Of a DNA stretch of 64,000 bases, positions 1 to 8,151 are shown in pieces. Source of the stretch: an uncultured Pelagibacteraceae bacterium (lineage in GTDB: Bacteria > Pseudomonadota > Alphaproteobacteria > Pelagibacterales > Pelagibacteraceae); NCBI GenBank assembly GCA_902634455.1, contig CACPKQ010000005.1, positions 302-64,301 of the forward strand. Reading direction: 5' to 3'. A program made the translations under genes and the position numbers. Below the pieces are notes generated by a model. The model saw nothing but the letters and a program-made list of their open reading frames with translations. It was not told the origin of the DNA and searched no databases. Positions within the stretch are counted from its first letter, which is position 1; each line of letters begins with the position of its first letter.

Positions 1-1529
1 TCAAGTTTGTTTTCTGCCGTTTCAATGCATTTAGGCCACTCAGAAAGTTTTCTTAATATTTTAATTTCAGCATCAGAATAAATAAAATTAAATTTATTAA
101 TTTTTACATCATCATTAATTTTTCTATTAATATTTCTAAAAACTGAAGAAATTCTAGCGTAGCAGTATTGAACGTAATATAGTGGATTATCTTTTGTTTT
201 TTCTTTTACTTTATCAAAATCAAAATCCATTTCTGATTCATTGCTTCTGCTAAGCATAATAAATCTAGTTGCATCTTTACCGACTTCATTTACCAAATCT
301 TCTACTGTTATATAGTCACCTTTGCGTTTTGACATTTTAAAGGGTTGTCCATTTTTAATAAGTTTAACGAGTTGACTCACCTTACAAATAATTTTATTTT
401 TACTACCGGATAAAGCTTCTACTGCAGAGCTTATTCTTTTGATGTATCCTGAATGATCAGCACCGAGTATATTTATAAGAACATCAAAATTTCTATTTAA
501 CTTATTATTATGATAAGCAACATCTCCTGCAAAATAAGTCCAAGTTTTATCTTCTTTTTGCAAAGCTCTATCTTTATCATCACCAAAATCTGTAGATTTA
601 AATAATAATTGTTTTCTTTCAATCCACTTAGTTTTGTCTTCACCTTCAGGTGCTTTAATTTTACCTTCGTAAACAAAGTTATTATCTTTTAATTTTTTAA
701 TTACACTTTCAACTTCTTTGTTATTTACAATTTCTGTTTCTCTATAAAAATTATCATGTGATACACCAATATTTTTTAAATTAACTTTGACCATTTGTAA
801 CGATTCATCTACGGATAATTTTGTTAACAAGGGTGATATTTTATCGAAATTATCAAATTTTAAATTCTTATTATTTTTAATAATGTTTTTAGCAATATCT
901 ATTATGTAAACACCAGGATATAAATTAGCTTCATCTTTTGGAAAGGGTTCCTTAAAAATAATTTCTCTAATTCTTAAATATACAGATTTAATAAAGTGTA
1001 AAATTTGATTACCATAATCATTAACGTAATATTCTTTTGTAACTTTGTTATTATTAAATAGAAGAATATTTGATAAGACATCACCTAAGATAGCACCTCT
1101 ACAATGACCAACATGTAATGGTCCTGTTGGATTGGCTGAAACAAATTCTATAAGATAGTTTTTTTTTTTTGATTCATAATTTTTTCCAAAATTAATGTTA
1201 TTTTTGATTACTTCGTGCAAAAATTCATTCCAAAAAATACTTTTAAATTTAATATTTATAAAACCAGGTTTAACTATGGTTATATTTTCAATTTTATCAT
1301 CTTCTTTTTTAATTAACTCAATTAACTTTTTAGCAATAACATCAGGTGGTTTTTTATTAGCTTTTGATAAAAACATTGCAACATTGGTTGAAATGTCACA
1401 ATCAAATTTTGAAGGTGCTAAATCTACGTTAATTCCATCCAAATTTTCAGGAATTTCTATTAAATTGTTTTTATTTGCAGTGACAATTATTTTTTTAATT
1501 TTATCTAAATATAAATTGAAAATATTCAT
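1..1529 (-). CDS. argS: Arginyl-tRNA synthetase (partial; 3' end runs off window start)
   Basis: Hand translation from ATG at 1529 gives MNIFNLYLDK...IEFVSANPTGPLHVGHCRGA (HIGH motif)...KMSKRKG. It stays in frame through the T12 tract at 1159-1170. Confidence 0.95.
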   Translation of the reverse strand, partial: MNIFNLYLDKIKKIIVTANKNNLIEIPENLDGINVDLAPSKFDCDISTNVAMFLSKANKKPPDVIAKKLIELIKKEDDKIENITIVKPGFINIKFKSIFWNEFLHEVIKNNINFGKNYESKKKNYLIEFVSANPTGPLHVGHCRGAILGDVLSNILLFNNNKVTKEYYVNDYGNQILHFIKSVYLRIREIIFKEPFPKDEANLYPGVYIIDIAKNIIKNNKNLKFDNFDKISPLLTKLSVDESLQMVKVNLKNIGVSHDNFYRETEIVNNKEVESVIKKLKDNNFVYEGKIKAPEGEDKTKWIERKQLLFKSTDFGDDKDRALQKEDKTWTYFAGDVAYHNNKLNRNFDVLINILGADHSGYIKRISSAVEALSGSKNKIICKVSQLVKLIKNGQPFKMSKRKGDYITVEDLVNEVGKDATRFIMLSRSNESEMDFDFDKVKEKTKDNPLYYVQYCYARISSVFRNINRKINDDVKINKFNFIYSDAEIKILRKLSEWPKCIETAENKL

Positions 1530-2644
1530 TTAAGCTTTTTATATAGATTAATAGCATATCTGTCAGTCATTCCTGATATATAATCGGATATTGCTCTATA
1601 TTTATCTATTTTAATAAACTCCTTATTTATAAATTTTGAAGGTTTTTTTGATATTTTGTCAAAAAGTATTTTAATTATCTTTTCTCCTTTTTTATTTTTT
1701 AACATTACATTTTTATTTTTATACATTTTTAGCTTTAAAAAAAATTTAATTTCTTTTTCAATATCTACAAATTTGTTAGAAAATGTAACTAAATTACTTG
1801 AGCTATTGAATACATCATTGATTGTTTTAATTTTATAGTATTTGATTCTATAAATTGTGTTGTTAATTAAATCTTTAACCATTAAATTAATTGAATCTCT
1901 AATTATTTGATATATCAATACACTTTTCTTCTTTCCTTTTAATTTATTTTTGTATGATCTTAATATTTCATTAAAAAAATTAATTTCAGTTAACTCATTA
2001 AGATTAAATAACTTTGCATTTATGCCGTCTTGTATATCATGATTATTATAAGCTATATCATCAGACAAAGATGCTATTTGCGATTCTAAAGATGGAAATT
2101 TCTTAAAATTAATTTTTTCTTTTAAATTTTTTTCTCCAATAAGATTATTGAGTTTGCTAAGGTTTTTAATGGGTCCGTTATGTTTTAATAGACCATCTAT
2201 AGTTTCAATTGTAAGATTCAAACCTTTAAATCTTAAATATTTATTTTCAAGGAACATAATTATTCTTAAAGTTTGTAGATTGTGATCAAAACCTCCATGA
2301 TTAATCATACATTCATTTAATGCATCTTCTCCAGCATGTCCGAATGGTGTATGACCCATATCATGAGCTAAACTTAAAGTTTCAGCTAAATCATCATTTA
2401 GTTTTAAATATCTGCTAATGGTTCGAGCAATTTGCGCTACTTCCAAAGAGTGAGTAATTCTAGTTCTATAATGATCGCCTTCAGTATTAACAAATACCTG
2501 AGTTTTGTGTTTCAACCTTCGAAAAGAAGCACTATGAATAATTCTATCTCTATCTCTTTGAAAGGGAGTTCTGTAATAATTCAAAGGTTCCTCAAATAAT
2601 CTACCCTTGCTTTTAAATTGGCCTAATTTTGAATAGTTTTTCAT
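1526..2644 (-). CDS. dgt: dGTP triphosphohydrolase (HD family)
   Basis: FQRDRDRIIHSASFRRLKHKTQVF, RITHSLEV, AHDMGHTPFGHAGE and DYISGMTD motifs; conserved argS-dgt linkage. Confidence 0.95.
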   Translation of the reverse strand: MKNYSKLGQFKSKGRLFEEPLNYYRTPFQRDRDRIIHSASFRRLKHKTQVFVNTEGDHYRTRITHSLEVAQIARTISRYLKLNDDLAETLSLAHDMGHTPFGHAGEDALNECMINHGGFDHNLQTLRIIMFLENKYLRFKGLNLTIETIDGLLKHNGPIKNLSKLNNLIGEKNLKEKINFKKFPSLESQIASLSDDIAYNNHDIQDGINAKLFNLNELTEINFFNEILRSYKNKLKGKKKSVLIYQIIRDSINLMVKDLINNTIYRIKYYKIKTINDVFNSSSNLVTFSNKFVDIEKEIKFFLKLKMYKNKNVMLKNKKGEKIIKILFDKISKKPSKFINKEFIKIDKYRAISDYISGMTDRYAINLYKKLK

Positions 2645-2693
2645 CTTTAAACTTGGAAAATAAATATTATATTAGTAATAGCAGTGTTCAATA

Positions 2694-3011
2694 ATGATTA
2701 AAGAAATTAAATTTACAGATAAAGCTATAAAACAAATCAATAGTTTGTTGTCTACAAAAGACAAAGGGTCATTTTTTAGAATCGCTATTAAAGGTGGTGG
2801 TTGCTCTGGTTTTCAGTATGATTTCTCTTTTGACAAAAATGCACAAAAAGATGATCTAATTCATCAAAATATCTTAATTGATAAAGCTTCAGCAGATTTA
2901 CTGAAAGGTTCTGAGGTTGATTACGTAGAAGAATTAATAGGTAATTCATTTAAGATAAGTAACCCACAAACTAAATCTTCTTGTGGTTGTGGTGTATCTT
3001 TTTCTCTTTAA
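2694..3011 (+). CDS. erpA: A-type Fe-S carrier protein (HesB/IscA/ErpA)
   Basis: GGGCSGFQY and C-terminal SSCGCGVSF motifs. Confidence 0.9.
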   Translation: MIKEIKFTDKAIKQINSLLSTKDKGSFFRIAIKGGGCSGFQYDFSFDKNAQKDDLIHQNILIDKASADLLKGSEVDYVEELIGNSFKISNPQTKSSCGCGVSFSL

Positions 3012-3787
3012 TGTTAATTAGCTCGTGGAATGTAAATTCAGTTAGAGCAAGAATATTAAATATAACAGAATATCTTAAAAAATTTTCTCCCGATATTTTA
3101 ATGATTCAGGAAATTAAAACTGAAGATAAAAATTACCCTTATGAAGAAATAAAATCTTTAAATTATAATAGCTATGTATTTGGGCAAAAAGCATATAATG
3201 GTGTAGCAATTCTGTCTAAAGAAAAAATTTCAGATTTAAAAAATGATATTATCAATGATAAGAAAAAACAATCTAGAATAATAAAAGCTGAATTCGATTT
3301 TAAGAAAAAAAATATACAGTTAATAAATATCTATACACCAAATGGTAATCCAGTAGATACTGAAAAATATGATTATAAATTATATTGGCTCGATAGTTTT
3401 ATAAAAAATCTAAAACTTCTTTCAAAAAAAAATGAAAATATAATTATTGGAGGTGATTTTAATATAATACCTAGTGCTGAAGATGTTCATGATCCAAAAG
3501 GTTATGAAAATGATGCTTTGTATAGATTAGAAGTAAGAAAAAAATTACGAGAAATTATAAATATAGGTTTTAACGATAGTTATCGTTACATTCATCCTGA
3601 TAAAGAAGGTTATACATTTTGGGATTATACAAGTGGTGCTTGGCAAAAAAATAATGGAATGAGAATTGATCATTTTTTAGTTTCAAATTCTTTAATTAAC
3701 AATGTTAAAGATGTTAAAATAAATAAGTTTCCACGTGGTAGACAAAAACCTTCAGATCACACTCCTATTGAAATTGAATTAGCTTAA
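3011..3787 (+). CDS. xthA: Exodeoxyribonuclease III
   Basis: SWNVNS, QEIK, YNGVA, GDFN, RIDH and SDH motifs. True start is probably ATG 3011, overlapping the erpA stop. Confidence 0.95.
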   Translation: MLISSWNVNSVRARILNITEYLKKFSPDILMIQEIKTEDKNYPYEEIKSLNYNSYVFGQKAYNGVAILSKEKISDLKNDIINDKKKQSRIIKAEFDFKKKNIQLINIYTPNGNPVDTEKYDYKLYWLDSFIKNLKLLSKKNENIIIGGDFNIIPSAEDVHDPKGYENDALYRLEVRKKLREIINIGFNDSYRYIHPDKEGYTFWDYTSGAWQKNNGMRIDHFLVSNSLINNVKDVKINKFPRGRQKPSDHTPIEIELA

Positions 3788-4777
3788 AGATTTAATTTTA
3801 TTTACCAATTCTTCGTTTATATTTCTTGGACCCTTATCAAGTCTATTTTTATGTCTTCTCTCACCTGGTAGTCTGACACCGTCCATAGATTTCATTTTAT
3901 CAAAAAATTCATTAGAGTGTTTGTCCCAATCGTTTTCAGATAATTTATCAGGAGAAATAGCTAATATAAATTCGCCTCCACTTGGTGGTCCACCGTCATT
4001 ATTATCTTTGGCTGCTGTCTCGTAGCTAAAATTATCTCCAACTAATGATCCAGCTAATAATTCGACCATCATAGCTATAGCTGATCCTTTATAACCTCCA
4101 AAGGGTAGTAGAACTCCTCCATCAGCTATTTCACCTGGATCGGTAGTTTCTTTTCCATCTTTACTTAAACCTGTTCCTAAAGGAACTTTATGACCTTCTC
4201 TTTTTGCAACTTGAACCTCACCCATTGCCATAGACGCTGTAGCCATATCATAAACAACTGGAGTTTTTCCTTTTCTAGGCCAAGCAAATGAAATTGGGTT
4301 TGTCCCAAATAAAGATTTTTTTCCACCAGCAGGAGCAACCATCGGTTTATAAGATGTGCAAGCAAACGCGACAAGACCTTGCTCTGCTATCATTTCAGTT
4401 TCAGGCCACATAGCAGCCATGTGATGTGAATTATTTATAGCTAAAACAGCTATACCATTTTCTTTAGTAGCTTTTATTAGTTCTGGAATACCTTTATTTA
4501 AAACAACTGGAGCTAAGCAATTATTTCCTAAAACCTTAATTACACTTGGTGATATTTTTTTTATTTCAGGTTTACCTTTGCCATTAATTTTTCCACTTTT
4601 TAGACCTGACACATAAGCGGGCAATCTGAATAAACCGTGCGATAAAGAACCATCTCTTTCTGCTTTCATTATTAAATCTGAAAGAATTGACGCTGTTTCA
4701 TCATCACAGCCATTAGCTAACAAAGTTTTTTTAGCTAAATTAAATATTTCATCTAGGCTGAGAGAAATAGTTTTCAC
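3779..4777 (-). CDS. Ldh_2-family NAD(P)-dependent oxidoreductase (ComC/DpkA/AllD-like)
   Basis: AERDGSLSHGLFRL, GTNPISFAWP, DMATA, LLPFGGYKGS and RLPGER motifs; GTG start. Confidence 0.85.
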   Translation of the reverse strand: MKTISLSLDEIFNLAKKTLLANGCDDETASILSDLIMKAERDGSLSHGLFRLPAYVSGLKSGKINGKGKPEIKKISPSVIKVLGNNCLAPVVLNKGIPELIKATKENGIAVLAINNSHHMAAMWPETEMIAEQGLVAFACTSYKPMVAPAGGKKSLFGTNPISFAWPRKGKTPVVYDMATASMAMGEVQVAKREGHKVPLGTGLSKDGKETTDPGEIADGGVLLPFGGYKGSAIAMMVELLAGSLVGDNFSYETAAKDNNDGGPPSGGEFILAISPDKLSENDWDKHSNEFFDKMKSMDGVRLPGERRHKNRLDKGPRNINEELVNKIKSLS

Positions 4778-4792
4778 AGAAACTATTAAATA

Positions 4793-5194
4793 TTATCTGT
4801 GTTTTCTTTTCAAATCCTTTTTAAGATCTTCGTGATCACCTACTACGGTATGATATTTACTTTTGGTTACATATTTTTCTAAAAAAGGTACTGCAAGTAA
4901 AGGTAAAAATCCTCCAATGACAATACCAAATGCTGCACTTTTTAAATGAGGATCCGCTAAAGCAGCTATAAAATCAGCTATTATATGGGCTAAAACAATT
5001 CCAATAATTCCTGCGATTGCGCCATTTGATATTAATTTTAAAAAACGGTTTATACTCCAACCAGTATAAAAACCGACTAGGGGTATTAAAGTGTGTATAA
5101 ATCCAAAAGTCATACCTCTTAATACACTATGTTCTTCTATTAATTCTTCCATAAAATGAAGAAACTCGGGTAATTCATGTGCATGGCCTTCCAT
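4793..5194 (-). CDS. His-rich small membrane protein (about 3 TM), co-transcribed with zur; candidate Zn transporter
   Basis: 133-aa ORF with His/Glu-rich N-terminus (MEGHAHE...H...EEH) and three hydrophobic segments with intramembrane H/H/D. Its start overlaps the zur stop. Confidence 0.75.
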   Translation of the reverse strand: MEGHAHELPEFLHFMEELIEEHSVLRGMTFGFIHTLIPLVGFYTGWSINRFLKLISNGAIAGIIGIVLAHIIADFIAALADPHLKSAAFGIVIGGFLPLLAVPFLEKYVTKSKYHTVVGDHEDLKKDLKRKHR

Positions 5195-5559
5195 TAGTTA
5201 CATCCTTTGCAAGTTGTTAATACTTCCATTGAAAAATCTTTAAAATTATAATTTTTGATATTATTTTTCTTAAAAAAATTAGCGAATAGATTTGATTTTA
5301 ATTCTTCTGTATCACCACATTTTTTACATATAGCTATTGCAGTATTATGGTTATCATCATGTTTGTGATTACATAAAATGAAAGTTTTATTTTTGTTAGA
5401 TTTATGTATTCTGTCCTCTTTTATTAAGCTATCAAGAGCACGGTATACAGTCATTGGTTGAGTTTTTTTAATTTTTTGAAGTTTATTTAGAATATCGTAA
5501 GCAGTTAAATGACTACTTGATTTCTTAATAATATTAAAAACTATTTCTTTATTAACCAT
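5194..5559 (-). CDS. zur: Fur-family regulator, Zur subtype
   Basis: AYDIL, QPMTVYRAL, IHK, CxH, CKKCG and C-terminal CKGC; a Zur-like box sits at its own promoter. Confidence 0.85.
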   Translation of the reverse strand: MVNKEIVFNIIKKSSSHLTAYDILNKLQKIKKTQPMTVYRALDSLIKEDRIHKSNKNKTFILCNHKHDDNHNTAIAICKKCGDTEELKSNLFANFFKKNNIKNYNFKDFSMEVLTTCKGCN

Positions 5560-5578
5560 GTTATGTTATAACATAACA
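5559..5578. promoter_or_regulatory. Zur box (perfect 20-bp palindrome TGTTATGTTATAACATAACA)
   Basis: Exact inverted repeat. It contains the TGTTAT-n3-ATAACA core of proteobacterial Zur sites in two overlapping registers and covers the zur -10 and start codon. Confidence 0.85.
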
Positions 5579-5593
5579 ATATTTATATGTCAA
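5565..5593 (-). promoter_or_regulatory. Sigma70 promoter of a leaderless zur transcript
   Basis: Minus strand reads TTGACA (5593-5588), 17 bp, TATAAC (5570-5565). Predicted TSS is about at ATG 5559. Confidence 0.7.
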
Positions 5594-5599
5594 GTTTTT

Positions 5600-6031
5600 A
5601 TGAAAAATATTTTGTTTGTTTGTACTGGAAATTCACATAGAAGCATTATTGCAGAAGCTATAGTTAACAATAATTTTAATGACAAATTAAAGGCTTATAG
5701 CGCAGGTAGTAATCCAGCTGGAGTTGTGGATGGTGATGTAATTAAGTTTTTAAAAGCAAAAAACTATGATCTTAGGAATGTATCATCAAAAAATTTTGAT
5801 ATTTTTATTAATAGTGAAGTTAAAATGGATTATGTGATTACCGTATGTAATAGTGCAAATAAAGAATTCTGTCCTATTTGGCCTAAAAAAGATCAAATTA
5901 TTCACTGGGATATTGAAGATCCAATGACCAAACTCTTAAATTCTAACGAAGAAGAAAAAAAAATTATCGTTTCAAACACTTTTGATGTAATTAATGGAAA
6001 AATTAGAGAGTGGGTCAATATGACTGTATAA
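5600..6031 (+). CDS. arsC: Thioredoxin-type arsenate reductase / LMW-PTP family
   Basis: CTGNSHRS P-loop, SAGS, VITVC...CP resolving cysteines, HWDIEDP; likely start ATG 5600. Confidence 0.8.
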   Translation: MKNILFVCTGNSHRSIIAEAIVNNNFNDKLKAYSAGSNPAGVVDGDVIKFLKAKNYDLRNVSSKNFDIFINSEVKMDYVITVCNSANKEFCPIWPKKDQIIHWDIEDPMTKLLNSNEEEKKIIVSNTFDVINGKIREWVNMTV

Positions 6032-6188
6032 ATATATGGATATACATTTAAAATTTTATAAATCTATTAGAATCACCGATCAAAAAAAAAAAAAATCAAC
6101 TTTAGTCATAGATTAAATCATTACAAAATATTAAATGGGTCTTAGAACTATGATTCTAAATAAACAAAAAAAATTTATATAAGAAAAT

Positions 6189-7154
6189 ATGGAACTCTCA
6201 TTAATATATACCATAGTAGGATTTGGACTAGCAGGTTGGTCTGTTATTGGAAATGACTCTATTCAAACTTTAGGTACATTTATTGCCTCTAAACAAAAAT
6301 GGTTTAAATGGTATACACTTGCTGCTTCCGCATCATTTGTAATGATCTTAGCTCTTGCTTGGGGGTGGTATGCTTATGATGGTGATATTTCTTATGGGAG
6401 ATTAACGAGAATACCTTACCAAGAAATTCAATGGTATCATGCTGTTGCTCCAGGAATACTTTTGTTATTAACAAGAGTTGGTATTCCAGTTTCTACAACC
6501 TTCTTAGTGTTGTCTGCTTTTGCATCAACAGTTGTTTTAGAAAAAATGTTAATGAAAAGTGTTGTTGGTTACGGTTTGGCTGCTGTAGTTGCTTATATTT
6601 CTTGGATAACAATATCAAAATTTATTAATGAAAAGTTTGATGAAGTTGATGATAAATGGATTGGATTTTGGCGTAACTCTGTCTGGATTACCTCTGGTTG
6701 GTTATGGTGGGTTTGGTTATCACATGATGTTGCAAATATAGCAGTATATCTACCACGACAATTGAGCCCTACTCTCCTTATTACAGTAATGGCATACTTT
6801 ACAATTCTACTATTTTATATTTTTTATATTCATGGTGGACCTATTCAAAAAGTTGTTTTAGATAAAACTGGAACCAGATATGCAAGATCAGCCACAATTA
6901 TTAATGTAATCTATGCTGCGGTATTGTTTTACTTTAAAGAATTAAATGACCTTCCGATGTCAACCACTTGGGTATTTGTTGGATTACTATGTGGCCGAGA
7001 ATTAGCAATTTCGACTATGAATAAAGATTATAAATTTAAATATGTTTTCCCATTAATTGGAAAAGATTTTATTAAAATGATTTTCGGATTAAGCGTATCA
7101 GTCGGAATAGTGCTTGCTATTCACTATATAATAATTCCATATGGATTTTTTTAA
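6189..7154 (+). CDS. PiT-like (phosphate/sulfate) permease
   Basis: Polytopic; two internal repeats GNDSIQ...PVSTT and HDVAN...PMSTT resemble the PiT GxND/HD(V)AN and PxSTT signatures. Confidence 0.7.
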   Translation: MELSLIYTIVGFGLAGWSVIGNDSIQTLGTFIASKQKWFKWYTLAASASFVMILALAWGWYAYDGDISYGRLTRIPYQEIQWYHAVAPGILLLLTRVGIPVSTTFLVLSAFASTVVLEKMLMKSVVGYGLAAVVAYISWITISKFINEKFDEVDDKWIGFWRNSVWITSGWLWWVWLSHDVANIAVYLPRQLSPTLLITVMAYFTILLFYIFYIHGGPIQKVVLDKTGTRYARSATIINVIYAAVLFYFKELNDLPMSTTWVFVGLLCGRELAISTMNKDYKFKYVFPLIGKDFIKMIFGLSVSVGIVLAIHYIIIPYGFF

Positions 7155-8128
7155 TCAAGCAAAGTACCTAAGTGAAGAGATTTGTCATTAGCTTTTTCAT
7201 CTGACCAATTTGTTCTCCATATTTCAGAAGACCAATGCCCACAATTTACTGTTGGTCGTGAAAAACCTTCTAGTGGTTCTATTAATGGTTTAATTGTTAC
7301 ATCGTATTTTGGTACAGCAAAATATGGAAAAGAATAACGGTCTGTTCGACTTTTATTTATTACTCTATGTGGAGTAGACATTAATCTGCCTCCACTCCAT
7401 AATTCTAGCATATCACCAATATTTGCCACAAAAGTATTTTCACTTTCTTGTGGTGAAATCCATTTTCCATCCAATGTCTGAACCTCAAGTGCATTTGAGG
7501 AATCTGCTGCTATAATTGTTAAAGCATCAGTATCTTTATGAGGATGGAAACCATAAGCTTCATCATTAATTTTTTGTACCGGATAATGAAGTAAAGTCAT
7601 ATTAGTTAATGAAGGATAACTAAATTGATCAATTAATTCATTTTTTTTAAATCCTAGAGATTCTTCTAAAGCTCTTAAAAGAAGTGATGCTAATTTATCC
7701 ATTTCACTCCAATATTTTAAAATATTTGTTTTTGATTCAGGGACTTTTGACGGCCAAATGTTCGGGCCATGTAGTGAACATTTATAACATATAGGATCAT
7801 CAGCCGAAACTTCTGTATGTAATTTATAACCTTCATAGTGATCAGCTTTATAATCGGTGCCATTAGGAGTAAAAAAATCAAGAGGAATATAACCTCGATA
7901 ATTGTTTCGTGTTATCATTTCCTTTTTTTTTGTTAAATCATCAACATCAAAAATTTTTTTTACTGTGGAACGCATATTATTAACAATATCTGGATTTATT
8001 TCTGTAGCGGTTAAACTTACAAATCCAATTGATGAAAATGCATCATAAAGATCTTTAACAGTTTTATTTCTGACATCTTTATTTGTACTATTTAAAAGAC
8101 TTGCATCTATTAGAGGAATTTTATCCAC
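7151..8128 (-). CDS. 2-oxoglutarate/Fe(II) dioxygenase, IPNS-like
   Basis: IPLID N-terminus, RGY, HxD (HKD)...H (HRV) iron triad, RxS (RYS). Confidence 0.9.
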   Translation of the reverse strand: MDKIPLIDASLLNSTNKDVRNKTVKDLYDAFSSIGFVSLTATEINPDIVNNMRSTVKKIFDVDDLTKKKEMITRNNYRGYIPLDFFTPNGTDYKADHYEGYKLHTEVSADDPICYKCSLHGPNIWPSKVPESKTNILKYWSEMDKLASLLLRALEESLGFKKNELIDQFSYPSLTNMTLLHYPVQKINDEAYGFHPHKDTDALTIIAADSSNALEVQTLDGKWISPQESENTFVANIGDMLELWSGGRLMSTPHRVINKSRTDRYSFPYFAVPKYDVTIKPLIEPLEGFSRPTVNCGHWSSEIWRTNWSDEKANDKSLHLGTLLD

Positions 8129-8151
8129 AGTAAATAATTACCTTTAAAATT

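Noticed and set aside
1159-1170. T12 tract in argS as a frameshift
   Set aside because: Hand translation stays in frame (ESKKKNYLIEF). argS is presumably missing from the ORF track only because it runs off the window.
1526-2644. dGTPase as an anti-phage nucleotide-depletion system
   Set aside because: It sits in the conserved housekeeping argS-dgt-erpA-xth locus with no defence genes nearby.
6103-6121. Pho box upstream of the PiT-like gene
   Set aside because: The TCAT half-sites are 12 bp apart instead of 11 and match CTGTCAT poorly.
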